NCBI GenBank assembly: GCA_032718475.1
Contig: JAUCBJ010007026.1
Coordinates: 1-52,642 of the forward strand
Direction: 5' to 3'
DNA length: 52,642 nt
Origin: Nemertoderma westbladi
Taxonomy: Eukaryota; Animalia; Xenacoelomorpha
The position numbers and the translations under genes are program-made. Below the pieces are notes generated by a model. It did not search any database, was not told the DNA's origin, and saw nothing but the letters and a program-made list of their open reading frames with translations. Shown one piece after another: positions 1 to 13,400 of the stretch (positions are counted from its first letter, which is position 1; every line of letters starts with the position of its first letter).

Positions 1-1461
1 AGGGTCTGCTAAATAACATTGGATTCAATACACACCACATTAATATAAATCGCAATTGTTATGTATAGCCGGTCTCTCTAACCTGTAGTGTTATCAAGAA
101 AATTGGGAATTGGGTGATTTATCCGTATTATCCAAATAGCAATATTTCCATCAACAAATAGGTACAATTAATAACTGACGGTAAAATAACAGTACAAACA
201 ATATGATTAATGCAATTAAATTAAGTGAGTTAATGCTGTCTTTCGATTTGATTGATTAATCAATTATGATTTGTTTCGGTAACAGTTTATACTTTCGATA
301 ATTCAAGCAGTTTACTAGAGTTCTTCCCAAAAGGCCGGTGTTTCTGGCTTAGACAGCAATAACAACAAAGTAACAAGTAAAAACAGTAAGACAGAACACT
401 CTCCTTATGATCGGCAGAAAAGCTACACGTCGACAGGAAAAATCGCTCTGATTGGCCCAAGCCAAACAAAAGAACCACGCGTCCAATGGCTGTTTCCATG
501 TCAGCAACCAGCTGCTAGATGTCGTAATATGAATCATCACGGCTAAGCTGTGAAAGGTAGTTAGTGCATTACAAGTTTTTTGTCTTACCATGTCCGCCAA
601 AACACGTATATAGCAGAATGATTTTTATGTCCGTTAAAACACCTGTAAAGGTACCTTGCGGGCGAGGGGAATATATATACAGTTGGAGAACCCTTTTAGA
701 GTATTCCAGCGCCTGGGGGGGAACTGGCCAGCAAAGGCAAACGTATCAGTTATCCCACAAAAGCTTTTACACTACTATTGTGAAATTTCACAAAAATAAT
801 ATTAATAATATTTAACTTTTGCAATAAATTGGCCGATTAGTACCTTGATTATTGCCAATTTATCAATAACTGACATTAATTCGATATATAAAAAGCCAGG
901 CCTCGAAACTCTTATGCGTTTTTCTAAAAATGACGTACTTTATTGTTCATACACGGTTTTGGAGTGAGGGGGCCGAGTACAGGGATAACAGCGCACTGTA
1001 CCAGCATACAGTATAAAAAGTAGTATTTTAGTACTAGTAGGCCTATTAGTAATAGTAGCAGTATTCAGAATTGGGCAGTTGGGTTTGGGAAGGCTACAGA
1101 AGAATACTGAATACATACCTACAGAACTGCTAACTGCATACCGCTGTACCCAGGTACCGGTAATACAGTAATAGGCTACTGGAATAAGACCTGAGGTCGC
1201 CAAACTTCTGAACTTCCAAACACAAACTGAAATACTGAAATTGAAATACCTGAATACCGGGCCTAACTAAAAAATATAGGCCTAACTGAATAAACCTAAC
1301 TTCCGCTCGAACTATCTGTCTTTAGCTGTTTAGAGAGTAACACTAACATTTAACAATCTGATAAAATCTTATAGATTAAAATATACGCAGATACGGTAGG
1401 CCTACCCGATATAGGCTATGCCTACAGTCTGATAATTACACTGACAAGACGACGTACGACC

Positions 1462-1594
1462 ATGAGTGCTGGAGGTAGTCCATTAGGTGGCGGTTCCGGT
1501 TCCCATCACGATTCGGATTACGATTCCGATGAAACTGACGAGGACGAGGAATACCAGTTGGCTCTTGAGCTATCGGTCTTGGATGATACAAAAG
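1462..1594 (+). CDS. PHRF1: PHRF1-like exon 1 (acidic N-terminus)
   Basis: ATG at 1462, MSAGGSPLGG...DSDYDSDETDEDEEYQLALELSVLDDTK; donor AAAG|GTAGGC at 1595, phase 1, matching exon 2. Confidence 0.75.
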
Positions 1595-3036
1595 GTAGGC
1601 CTAAAGTTTGCAATCACTTGACTGCACATTTTTATTTTCAATCTTAAGTCTGTAAGTCGTCAGCTGTCGTAACGGTACTGTCACTGTCTGACCTGCTGAC
1701 TGTCGTAGGCCATGGGTACCAGTACGTCTGTACGTCGATTTTATAGGTAATATGGTAAACTATTTTTATTCTTTAATTGTTACATTTTTGCTCGAATATA
1801 CCAGTATACCTACCCCAAATTCGGAAGAAAAAGTTTCACTTTTTTCCCTAGGTAAAAAGTAACCTAACCCATAGTATTGCATTGATTTTACTTTTTTTCC
1901 CGGCGTAAAAAGTAAGATAAAACATTTTTGGTGGAATTTCTTAATTTCCTCTTGTATTGCATGTGATGAAAGAACATCGACGTAAAAAAATTTGCACGTA
2001 ATTTGAGAAAAATCCATTCACAAACTCAAAAGTTATTACAAATTTAGTGTCTGCAAGGCGTACACCAAAACGGAACTCTATATCCAATATTGTTTAGGCC
2101 TATGTAGTTAAGCGGCTCTCGGCTCTCTAGTTACGTAATAAATATTCGAGAACACTAAATTATTTAACATTGAGTAAGGCAGCATCAGGAGTTGAAGAGT
2201 ACAATAATTTGAATCGCAGTAACTTTAACTGTGGAAGCAATAGCCTATAGGCCTACAGATTTAGTAGAATACTACAGTTCAAATTATTTTGTATCACTAC
2301 TGCACTATATCTCTCTATCTTATATTAAAGAATTGAACAACAAAAAAGTACCAATTTAAGAATAAAATTACGTATTACATGGGCAAAAAAACGTAGAACA
2401 TATTTTTTCAATAATCTTTCTAATGATATGAAAAAATTACGACTACTTTGAAGAATGGCCACGATACGGAGGGTGCAATTTCGCAAAAGACACTTTTTAA
2501 AACGCTTGTATTTATAAAAATAATTTACAGGCAAAATCGAAAATTACGGCTTCATGGGGACATCGACGGTGAGTGGAGCTAGTTGTGTTTCAAATTTCAA
2601 GCAATATGATAAAGATTTAAAAAGTTGGGGGGGGGGGGGGGGGGTGTCATCAGGAAATCACTATTACGGGTCATGGTGTACTACATGTACTTTTTGTACT
2701 ACAGTAGGCCTAGGGCTACTTACTGTTTATGTACGTTGTGTTTTTATTTCAAAAAATGAAATCGACGCAAATAACAGCTGATTACTCCTAAAAATAAAAG
2801 TGTAACCTGTTCTCAGTTCTTTTGACTTTCGTGTATTGTTTTAGATAGAATGATGTGTCACTGCAACCTGTTCCTTTCCCTAAATTGACAATTTAACGCT
2901 GAGACAGATATTTAATTATCCGAGATGGTATTTGCGCCAATTCCCCTATGTGCATGTCTTCATTTTTATTTTATTTACGTTGCTTGTTTTGATTAGTTCG
3001 TTGATTCATTTGCAATTGTATTTCTTTGTACCGCAG

Positions 3037-3173
3037 AAAAAGGAACAGAGATAACCGATATAGAAAAGTGCCCTGTGTGTCTCAATGAACTGATCAACCA
3101 AACTATAGGCACGCCTGAGTCTTGTGAACCTACCCACAACTTCTGTCTGGAATGCATTGATGAATGGAGCAAG
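3037..3173 (+). CDS. PHRF1: PHRF1-like exon 2 (RING finger, N-terminal part)
   Basis: Acceptor tttctttgtaccgcag; EKCPVCLNELINQTIGTPESCEPTHNFCLECIDEWSK; donor AAG|GTAGAG, phase 0. Confidence 0.93.
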
Positions 3174-3292
3174 GTAGAGGAGAGTTTTACTAACTTAGTT
3201 TATCATCTATGAACTATGCAATTTATTCTTTGAATCCATATCTTTCCAACTTATAAAACTGATTTATTATTAATAATAATTATATTTTCTAG

Positions 3293-3454
3293 AACACAAA
3301 TACTTGTCCAATTGACCGAAAAGCTTTCCATGTGATATTGGTTAGGGATACACTCAAGGGTAACGTTACTACCCGTCTGAAAGTTAAGAACAAGAAGCTA
3401 ACCTTTACGGAGGAGGACGACAGCTACATTGTGGTAGATGATGACCCTTGTCAG
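3293..3454 (+). CDS. PHRF1: PHRF1-like exon 3 (end of RING, linker, first PHD Cys)
   Basis: Acceptor ttttctag; NTNTCPIDRKAFHVILVR...DDDPCQ (CPxDRxxF motif typical of PHRF1/SCAF11); donor CAG|GTAGGT; 162 nt, phase 0. Confidence 0.93.
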
Positions 3455-3563
3455 GTAGGTATTGCACATGACATTTTATAGCATTTTAACAAACTAATAC
3501 TAATTAATAATAAATATTCAGCAAACTTTTATCAACCTATTAATGGCCGTTTTCCTAAAGTCT

Positions 3564-3585
3564 GTGTGTGTGTGTGTGTGTGTGT
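3564..3585. repeat. (GT)n microsatellite
   Basis: About 11 GT units in intron 3. Confidence 0.9.
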
Positions 3586-3842
3586 CGGAAGCCATAATTG
3601 TCGGATAATTGTCCAAGATATAACTAGCCTAGTATAATTATAATTGTTCGCTAAGATGTCTTGTAGCTTTCTCTGAACGAATACCCCATTCGTGTTATAC
3701 AGGATTTGCTCTACAGTCTGCAGGATGGTGGTAGCGCTACTGTAGTATTTAAATTTCAGGTTCAGTTTCATTGTAAAGTTTTTTATATTTTTTATATCCC
3801 AAATTTGTTTGAGATAATAATAATAATTGTGAAATGAATTAG

Positions 3843-3990
3843 GTTTGTGGCTCTTCCAATGACGAGCACCTGCTGTTGCTATGCGACGGTTGTGACTCTC
3901 CGTACCACACCTATTGTCTGGAGCCCCCCTTGGATGAGGTCCCAAGCGACCATTGGTTCTGTCCCGATTGCTCGCCTTTACGAGTTCAAG
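3843..3990 (+). CDS. PHRF1: PHRF1-like exon 4 (PHD finger)
   Basis: [43 protein letters not shown] completes a C4HC3 PHD; donor AAG|GTTAGT, phase 1. Confidence 0.95.
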
Positions 3991-4019
3991 GTTAGTAAAA
4001 CACATCCAATCCATCCATT

Positions 4020-4220
4020 GCGCCGGGCTTGCAATCTAGTGGTTGTAGGTTTAGCCCCGCCAGGGTCCACTCAGCCTTTCATCCACTGGGGTCGATAAAA
4101 TGAGTACCAGTTAAATAACTGGGAGCAAATCTTGGGATAGGAGTAGCGCCCACCCCTATCCTCGGGTAACAGCTATCGAAAGAGGAGCCTTCGGGTCATC
4201 TCCGGCTTCGGCCGACTGTT
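4020..4220 (+). mobile_element. SINE fragment with Nin/Deu-type core
   Basis: CCACTCAGCCTTTCATCC...GTCGATAAAATGAGTACC resembles the conserved Nin-domain SINE core; tRNA-like remnant upstream; tail GAGCCTTCGGGTCA. Confidence 0.55.
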
Positions 4221-4321
4221 TGCTTTGAATAATCGCTAATAAAGGTCCGGGCCTATCCCGAAAAAAATAGTGTTTACTGTAATTTATTGTAATATTATTT
4301 TATTGTTTATTTCTCGTTTAG

Positions 4322-4484
4322 CAATGGAACTGGTTCAGATTATCGTCAGACAGGTTCCCCGGACCCAGTATTCCGAGAGAGTTCGTCGTCAGGTCGCTAG
4401 GAGGCGTTGTCGCATTCCTACCGCAGATCGTACGCAGACCCAAAGGAGACCGGTCCGAACACGGAACACACATAGAAGAACCAG
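4322..4484 (+). CDS. PHRF1: PHRF1-like exon 5
   Basis: Acceptor tttctcgtttag; RQVPRTQYSERVRRQVARRR resembles the PHRF1 'RTxxSERVR' motif; donor CCAG|GTAGCG (phase 2) is the first unit of the 22-bp array; reading through gives TAG. Confidence 0.85.
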
Positions 4485-7400
4485 GTAGCGTACATAGAAG
4501 AACCAGGTAGCGTACATAGAAGAACCAGGTAGCGTACATAGAAGAACCAGGTAGCGTACATAGAAGAACCAGGTAGCGTACATAGAAGAACCAGGTAGCG
4601 TACATAGAAGAACCAGGTAGCGTACATAGAAGAACCAGGTAGCGTACATAGAAGAACCAGGTAGCGTACCGTACATAGAAGAACCAGGTAGCGTACATAG
4701 AAGAACCAGGTAGCGTACATAGAAGAACCAGGTAGCGTACATAGAAGAACCAGGTAGCGTACATAGAAGAACCAGGTAGCGTACATAGAAGAACCAGGTA
4801 GCGTACATAGAAGAACCAGGTAGCGTACATAGAAGAACCAGGTAGCGTACATAGAAGAACCAGGTATAGCGTACATAGAAGAACCAGGTAGCGTACATAG
4901 AAGAACCAGGTAGCGTACATAGAAGAACCAGGTAGCGTACATAGAAGAACCAGGTAGCGTACATAGAAGAACCAGGTAGCGTACATAGAAGAACCAGGTA
5001 GCGTACATAGAAGAACCAGGTAGCGTACATAGAAGAACCAGGTAGCGTACATAGAAGAACCAGGTAGCGTACATAGAAGAACCAGGTAGCGTACATAGAA
5101 GAACCAAGTAGCGTACATAGAAGAACCAGGTAGCGTACATAGAAGAACCAGGTAGCGTACATAGAAGAACCAGGTAGCGTACATAGAAGAACCAGGTAGC
5201 GTACATAGAAGAACCAGGTAGCGTACATAGAAGAACCAGGTAGCGTACATAGAAGAACCAGGTAGCGTACATAGAAGAACCAGGTAGCGTACATAGAAGA
5301 ACCAGGTAGCGTACATAGAAGAACCAGGTAGCGTACATAGAAGAACCAGGTAGCGTACATAGAAGAACCAGGTAGCGTACATAGAAGAACCAGGTAGCGT
5401 ACATAGAAGAACCAGGTAGCGTACATAGAAGAACCAGGTAGCGTACATAGAAGAACCAGGTAGCGTACATAGAAGAACCAGGTAGCGTACATAGAAGAAC
5501 CAGGTAGCGTACATAGAAGAACCAGGTAGCGTACATAGAAGAACCAGGTAGCGTACATAGAAGAACCAGGTAGCGTACATAGAAGAACCAGGTAGCGTAC
5601 ATAGAAGAACCAGGTAGCGTACATAGAAGAACCAGGTAGCGTACATAGAAGAACCAGGTAGCGTACATAGAAGAACCAGGTAGCGTACATAGAAGAACCA
5701 GGTAGCGTACATAGAAGAACCAGGTAGCGTACATAGAAGAACCAGGTAGCGTACATAGAAGAACCAGGTAGCGTACATAGAAGAACCAGGTAGCGTACAT
5801 AGAAGAACCAGGTAGCGTACATAGAAGAACCAGGTAGCGTACATAGAAGAACCAGGTAGCGTACATAGAAGAACCAGGTAGCGTACATAGAAGAACCAGG
5901 TAGCGTACATAGAAGAACCAGGTAGCGTACATAGAAGAACCAGGTAGCGTACATAGAAGAACCAGGTAGCGTACATAGAAGAACCAGGTAGCGTACATAG
6001 AAGAACCAGGTAGCGTACATAGAAGAACCAGGTAGCGTACATAGAAGAACCAGGTAGCGTACATAGAAGAACCAGGTAGCGTACATAGAAGAACCAGGTA
6101 GCGTACATAGAAGAACCAGGTAGCGTACATAGAAGAACCAGGTAGCGTACATAGAAGAACCAGGTAGCGTACATAGAAGAACCAGGTAGCGTACATAGAA
6201 GAACCAGGTAGCGTACATAGAAGAACCAGGTAGCGTACATAGAAGAACCAGGTAGCGTACATAGAAGAACCAGGTAGCGTACATAGAAGAACCAGGTAGC
6301 GTACATAGAAGAACCAGGTAGCGTACATAGAAGAACCAGGTAGCGTACATAGAAGAACCAGGTAGCGTACATAGAAGAACCAGGTAGCGTACATAGAAGA
6401 ACCAGGTAGCGTACATAGAAGAACCAGGTAGCGTACATAGAAGAACCAGGTAGCGTACATAGAAGAACCAGGTAGCGTACATAGAAGAACCAGGTAGCGT
6501 ACATAGAAGAACCAGGTAGCGTACATAGAAGAACCAGGTAGCGTACATAGAAGAACCAGGTAGCGTACATAGAAGAACCAGGTAGCGTACATAGAAGAAC
6601 CAGGTAGCGTACATAGAAGAACCAGGTAGCGTACATAGAAGAACCAGGTAGCGTACATAGAAGAACCAGGTAGCGTACATAGAAGAACCAGGTAGCGTAC
6701 ATAGAAGAACCAGGTAGCGTACATAGAAGAACCAGGTATATAGCGTACATAGAAGAACCAGGTAGCGTACATAGAAGAACCAGGTAGCGTACATAGAAGA
6801 ACCAGGTAGCGTACATAGAAGAACCAGGTAGCGTACATAGAAGAACCAGGTAGCGTACATAGAAGAACCAGGTAGCGTACATAGAAGAACCAGGTAGCGT
6901 ACATAGAAGAACCAGGTAGCGTACATAGAAGAACCAGGTAGCGTACATAGAAGAACCAGGTAGCGTACATAGAAGAACCAGGTAGCGTACATAGAAGAAC
7001 CAGGTAGCGTACATAGAAGAACCAGGTAGCGTACATAGAAGAACCAGGTAGCGTACATAGAAGAACCAGGTAGCGTACATAGAAGAACCAGGTAGCGTAC
7101 ATAGAAGAACCAGGTAGCGTACATAGAAGAACCAGGTAGCGTACATAGAAGAACCAGGTAGCGTACATAGAAGAACCAGGTAGCGTACATAGAAGAACCA
7201 GGTAGCGTACATAGAAGAACCAGGTAGCGTACATAGAAGAACCAGGTAGCGTACATAGAAGAACCAGGTAGCGTACATAGAAGAACCAGGTAGCGTACAT
7301 AGAAGAACCAGGTAGCGTACATAGAAGAACCAGGTAGCGTACATAGAAGAACCAGGTAGCGTACATAGAAGAACCAGGTAGCGTACATAGAAGAACCAGG

Positions 7401-8558
7401 TAGCGTACATAGAAGAACCAGGTAGCGTACATAGAAGAACCAGGTAGCGTACATAGAAGAACCAGGTAGCGTACATAGAAGAACCAGGTAGCGTACATAG
7501 AAGAACCAGGTAGCGTACATAGAAGAACCAGGTAGCGTACATAGAAGAACCAGGTAGCGTACATAGAAGAACCAGGTAGCGTACATAGAAGAACCAGGTA
7601 GCGTACATAGAAGAACCAGGTAGCGTACATAGAAGAACCAGGTAGCGTACATAGAAGAACCAGGTAGCGTACATAGAAGAACCAGGTAGCGTACATAGAA
7701 GAACCAGGTAGCGTACATAGAAGAACCAGGTAGCGTACATAGAAGAACCAGGTAGCGTACATAGAAGAACCAGGTAGCGTACATAGAAGAACCAGGTAGC
7801 GTACATAGAAGAACCAGGTAGCGTACATAGAAGAACCAGGTAGCGTACATAGAAGAACCAGGTAGCGTACATAGAAGAACCAGGTAGCGTACATAGAAGA
7901 ACCAGGTAGCGTACATAGAAGAACCAGGTAGCGTACATAGAAGAACCAGGTAGCGTACATAGAAGAACCAGGTAGCGTACATAGAAGAACCAGGTAGCGT
8001 ACATAGAAGAACCAGGTAGCGTACATAGAAGAACCAGGTAGCGTACATAGAAGAACCAGGTAGCGTACATAGAAGAACCAGGTAGCGTACATAGAAGAAC
8101 CAGGTAGCGTACATAGAAGAACCAGGTAGCGTACATAGAAGAACCAGGTAGCGTACATAGAAGAACCAGGTAGCGTACATAGAAGAACCAGGTAGCGTAC
8201 ATAGAAGAACCAGGTAGCGTACATAGAAGAACCAGGTAGCGTACATAGAAGAACCAGGTAGCGTACATAGAAGAACCAGGTAGCGTACATAGAAGAACCA
8301 GGTAGCGTACATAGAAGAACCAGGTAGCGTACATAGAAGAACCAGGTAGCGTACATAGAAGAACCAGGTAGCGTACATAGAAGAACCAGGTAGCGTACAT
8401 AGAAGAACCAGGTAGCGTACATAGAAGAACCAGGTAGCGTACATAGAAGAACCAGGTAGCGTACATAGAAGAACCAGGTAGCGTACATAGAAGAACCAGG
8501 TAGCGTACATAGAAGAACCAGGTAGCGTACATAGAAGAACCAGGTAGCGTACATAGAA
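4470..8558 (+). repeat. 22-bp minisatellite, ~186 copies, (ACATAGAAGAACCAGGTAGCGT)n
   Basis: Almost invariant; I noticed variants only near 4669, 4866, 5107 and 6738. Confidence 0.98.
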
Positions 8559-8560
8559 TG

Positions 8561-9180
8561 ACACGAAGTGGAGCCTACGCGCAGCACGTGACTTAAAGTG
8601 TCTTATGTTAAGTGTCAACTCGAAAGAATTATAATCAAATTCTAAGCAGATGTCCCCTAATCACTTTACAACCAACAGGCAGGCAGACTAACTGCAGTCG
8701 ATTTAAGCCCTCACAAAAACTCAAGTCAGAGGTCTAGAATATATTATCAATCCGGATCAGAAAGAAAGGATCATAAACAATAATTATACGAAATGGCTGT
8801 ATGGTTTGCATTTCGGACATTTCTAAAATGTTTTAATTTCAGCCCACTAGCGGTAGACTGGAGAACTGCCGACGCCGAGGGATTGCCATCCCAACAAAGA
8901 CGTAGCTTGTTGATGGTCTACATGCGGCATTTATGTCTGTCAAGTTTCAGCTTAAATTAAATGGATAACCAATAACGAGATGAGAGATGTTTACACTTTC
9001 AGATATTCCGACCTCTAGCGTCAAACTGTAGAGGTGTATATGCTGCTTATCCTATGTACTATAATATATGTAACCAGTTTCAGCTTAAAACTGATGAAAA
9101 TCAAGGGCATTGTGAAAGGTTTTCACTTTCGGGCATTTCTCCCTCTAGTGACATACTGGAGAACTGCGCGGACCGGTTCC
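8561..9180 (-). mobile_element. Partial copy of the 31055..32346 repeat family
   Basis: ACACGAAGTGGAGCCTACGCGCAGCACGTGACTTAA is the near reverse complement of 32309..32344; TAGCGGTAGACTGGAGAACTG matches its core repeat. Confidence 0.7.
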
Positions 9181-9196
9181 TGTAAATATACGCTAA

Positions 9197-9462
9197 TTTT
9201 TAGGTCAGCGTAGCGAGATATCTAGTATTCACTCCGTTGTTGATGTTGTTTGTGTTAATTCACAATTTTATATGGCTCGTACGGCGCAGTCGCGAAGTTG
9301 GTAGAACGTTGGACTTGGAATCTCTAGGTACCGAGTTCAATCCAACTTTCCGGTGAATTTTTGGTGCTGTATTAGAGGAAACTGTAAAAGCAATGGCTCC
9401 ATCAGACTCACGCAGTCCATGCGTTAGTAGACACATACCTTTGCGCGATTTCGCGCTTGTTT
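9197..9462 (+). mobile_element. Helentron-like non-autonomous element with tRNA-like interior (copy 1)
   Basis: Starts TTTTTAGGTCAGCGTAGCGAGA; ends with hairpin GCGCGATTTCGCGC then TTGTTT; both ends shared with 24393..24571. Confidence 0.6.
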
Positions 9463-9943
9463 ATAAATCCGTGACCGCTGCGGTCTGCCGGGGTTGTAAA
9501 AGGAGGACTATGAGATTTGTAATTTTGACCTCTTGCTAAATCAGCCAAACCAATCAATTCCAAAATATTTTGAGCTCTGAAGATCATTTTTTTAAGCGCT
9601 TATGGGGGCCTATGCTATCTTAGATGGTATACTTGTATACAGATATGTAGATCCGTTATCAAGTCTGCCGCTCCATTGCTTAATGACTGACTGAAAGCAT
9701 TCTCCCTTAAATTTGGCAGATTTGTTACACAAGGCCGGCAGCGTTTCTGTAATGGTGATCCATAAGAAGTTCACCATCTGCCATACACTTAATCCGAATC
9801 GACGTTCGGTGTTCTTTGTACCCGTATCACCCCCAGCACTCATGATTGATAATTATAATTGAAATAATTTAATTAGAATTCTAAGAATTTAGATCTTTTA
9901 GATCGAATAATTTAATAAGAATAAGTATTTTATAATTATTTAG

Positions 9944-10047
9944 GCGAAGATTTCGCAGGCACAGACGTACCGAGCCTGTTACCGTGGAAACAGTTCCGTC
10001 TTCTGGATGTGGTGGTTTCGCTCCGAATGAAAGCTTTTCTTCTCAAG
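9944..10047 (+). CDS. PHRF1: PHRF1-like exon 6
   Basis: Acceptor tatttag; open in phase 2: RRRFRRHRRTEPVTVETVPSSGCGGFAPNESFSSQ; donor AAG|GTAAAG, phase 1. Confidence 0.7.
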
Positions 10048-10213
10048 GTAAAGATACATCGTTCCATAAACCATTGAAAGTTGAAACCAACATACACTAT
10101 ATTGGGATCTATGATACAGTAATGCGGAAGCAAAATACGTGTTACTAGGGTGAACTTATAATAACTGCACCAAAAATATAACACAATAGCATTTTATTTG
10201 CTTATTCATGTAG

Positions 10214-10331
10214 TTGAGAAGAAAGCGGCAGGAGAAACGTGTGCCGTTGACTTTGAGGTTACAGTGAAGGATGCGTACGACCCCGCGCTAGATCGCTACC
10301 TACAGACGAGAAACAAACCGAGGAAACCGAG
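10214..10331 (+). CDS. PHRF1: PHRF1-like exon 7
   Basis: Acceptor ttcatgtag; VEKKAAGETCAVDFEVTVKDAYDPALDRYLQTRNKPRKP; donor GAG|GTACGT, phase 2, matching exon 8. Confidence 0.7.
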
Positions 10332-10479
10332 GTACGTTACTAATTTATTACCTACGGCTTGTGGTTAAGAATCCCACTGTCGCTCGCTAATACCGTTGAG
10401 TAGCTATATACGTACGGGTCGAACCACGGTGGGTATGGTGACGCGCAACTCAGAGCCGCTTCACGTTAAGCGCTGAATG

Positions 10480-13400
10480 AGCACCGGTGCTTTAATGCGG
10501 AACAATAAACACCCAATCGGATAGTTCGTGTGGTTTGAGCAACGGTGCGTTAATGCGGAACAATAAACACCCAATCGGATAGTTCGTGTGGTTTGAGCAC
10601 CGGTGCGTTAATGCGGAACAATAAACACCCAATCGGATAGTTAGTGTGGTTTGAGCACCGGTGCGTTAATGCGGAACAATAAACACCCAATCGGATAGTT
10701 AGTGTGGTTTGAGCAACGGTGCGTTAATGCGGAACAATAAACATCCAATCGGATAGTTCGTGTGGTTTGAGCACCGGTGCGTTAATGCGGAACAATAAAC
10801 ACCCAATCGGATAGTTAGTGTGGTTTGAGCAACGGTGCGTTAATGCGGAACAATAAACATCCAATCGGATAGTTCGTGTGGTTTGAGCACCGGTGCGTTA
10901 ATGCGGAACAATAAACACCCAATCGGATAGTTAGTGTGGTTTGAGCACCGGTGCGTTAATGCGGAACAATAAACACCCAATCGGATAGTTCGTGTGGTTT
11001 GAGCAACGGTGCGTTAATGCGGAACAATAAACACCCAATCGGATAGTTCGTGTGGTTTGAGCACCGGTGCGTTAATGCGGAACAATAAACACCCAATCGG
11101 ATAGTTAGTGTGGTTTGAGCACCGGTGCGTTAATGCGGAACAATAAACACCCAATCGGATAGTTCGTGTGGTTTGAGCACCGGTGCGTTAATGCGGAACA
11201 ATAAACACCCAATCGGATAGTTCGTGTGGTTTGAGCACCGGTGCGTTAATGCGGAACAATAAACACCCAATCGGATAGTTCGTGTGGTTTGAGCAACGGT
11301 GCGTTAATGCGGAACAATAAACACCCAATCGGATAGTTCGTGTGGTTTGAGCAACGGTGCGTTAATGCGGAACAATAAACACCCAATCGGATAGTTCGTG
11401 TGGTTTGAGCACCGGTGCGTTAATGCGGAACAATAAACACCCAATCGGATAGTTAGTGTGGTTTGAGCACCGGTGCGTTAATGCGGAACAATAAACACCC
11501 AATCGGATAGTTCGTGTGGTTTGAGCACCGGTGCGTTAATGCGGAACAATAAACACCCAATCGGATAGTTAGTGTGGTTTGAGCACCGGTGCGTTAATGC
11601 GGAACAATAAACAGCCAATCGGATAGTTAGTGTGGTTTGAGCACCGGTGCGTTAATGCGGAACAATAAACAGCCAATCGGATAGTTCGTGTGGTTTGAGC
11701 ACCGGTGCGTTAATGCGGGATAATAAACACCCAATCGGATAGTTCGTGTGGTTTGAGCAACGGTGCGTTAATGCGGAACAATAAACACCCAATCGGATAG
11801 TTCATGTGGTTTGAGCACCGGTGCTTTAATGCGGAACAATAAACACCCAATCGGATAGTTCATGTGGTTTGAGCAACGGTGCGTTAATGCGGAACAATAA
11901 ACACACAATCGGATAGTTAATGTGGTTTGAGCACCGGTGCGTTAATGCGGAACATTAAACACCCAATCGGATAGTTCGTGTGGTTTGAGCACCGGTGCGT
12001 TAATGCGGAACAATAAACACCCAATCGGATAGTTCATGTGGTTTGAGCAACGGTGCGTTAATGCGGAACAATAAACACCCAATCGGATAGTTCATGTGGT
12101 TTGAGCAACGGTGCGTTAATGCGGAACAATAAACACCCAATCGGATAGTTAGTGTGGTTTGAGCACCGGTGCGTTAATGCGGAACATTAAACACCCAATC
12201 GGATAGTTAGTGTGGTTTGAGCAACGGTGCGTTAATGCGGAACAATAAACACCCAATCGGATAGTTCATGTGGTTTGAGCAACGGTGCGTTAATGCGGAA
12301 CAATAAACACCCAATCGGATAGTTCGTGTGGTTTGAGCATCGGTGCGTTAATGCGGAACAATAAACACCCAATCGGATAGTTCGTGTGGTTTGAGCACCG
12401 GTGCGTTAATGCGGAACAATAAACACCCAATCGGATAGTTCGTGTGGTTTGAGCACCGGTGCGTTAATGCGGAACAATAAACACCCAATCGGATAGTTCG
12501 TGTGGTTTGAGCACCGGTGCGTTAATGCGGAACAATAAACACACAATCGGATAGTTAGTGTGGTTTGAGCAACGGTGCGTTAATGCGGAACAATAAACAC
12601 CCAATCGGATAGTTAGTGTGGTTTGAGCAACGGTGCGTTAATGCGGAACAATAAACACCCAATCGGATAGTTAATGTGGTTTGAGCACCGGTGCGTTAAT
12701 GCGGAACAATAAAGACCCAATCGGATAGTTCGTGTGGTTTGAGCACCGGTGCTTTAATGCGGAACAATAAACACCCAATCGGATAGTTCATGTGGTTTGA
12801 GCACCGGTGCGTTAATGCGGAACAATAAAGACCCAATCGGATAGTTCATGTGGTTTGAGCACCGGTGCTTTAATGCGGAACAATAAACACCCAATCGGAT
12901 AGTTCATGTGGATTGAGCAACGGTGCGTTAATGCGGAACAATAAACACCCAATCGGATAGTTCATGTGGTTTGAGCAACGGTGCGTTAAGGCGGAACAAT
13001 AAACACCCAATCGGATAGTTAATGTGGTTTGAGCAACGGTGCGTTAAGGCGGAACAATAAACACCCAATCGGATAGTTCGTGTGGTTTGAGCACCGGTGC
13101 GTTAATGCGGAACAATAAACACCCAATCGGATAGTTCATGTGGTTTGAGCACCGGTGCGTTAATGCGGAACAATAAACACCCAATCGGATAGTTCGTGTG
13201 GTTTGAGCACCGGTGCGTTAATGCGGAACAATAAACACCCAATCGGATAGTTCATGTGGTTTGAGCAACGGTGCTTTAATGCGGAACAATAAACACCCAA
13301 TCGGATAGTTCGTGTGGTTTGAGCAACGGTGCGTTAATGCGGAACAATAAACACCCAATCGGATAGTTAATGTGGTTTGAGCAACGGTGCGTTAATGCGG

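Noticed and set aside
4318-8618. Three ~1400-aa minus-strand ORFs
   Set aside because: Artefact of a 22-bp unit with no stop on the minus strand; all three frames give the same peptide.
9091-9110. Other CTGATGA hits as hammerheads (also ~41264 and ~50198)
   Set aside because: No stem II plus GAAA arrangement follows.
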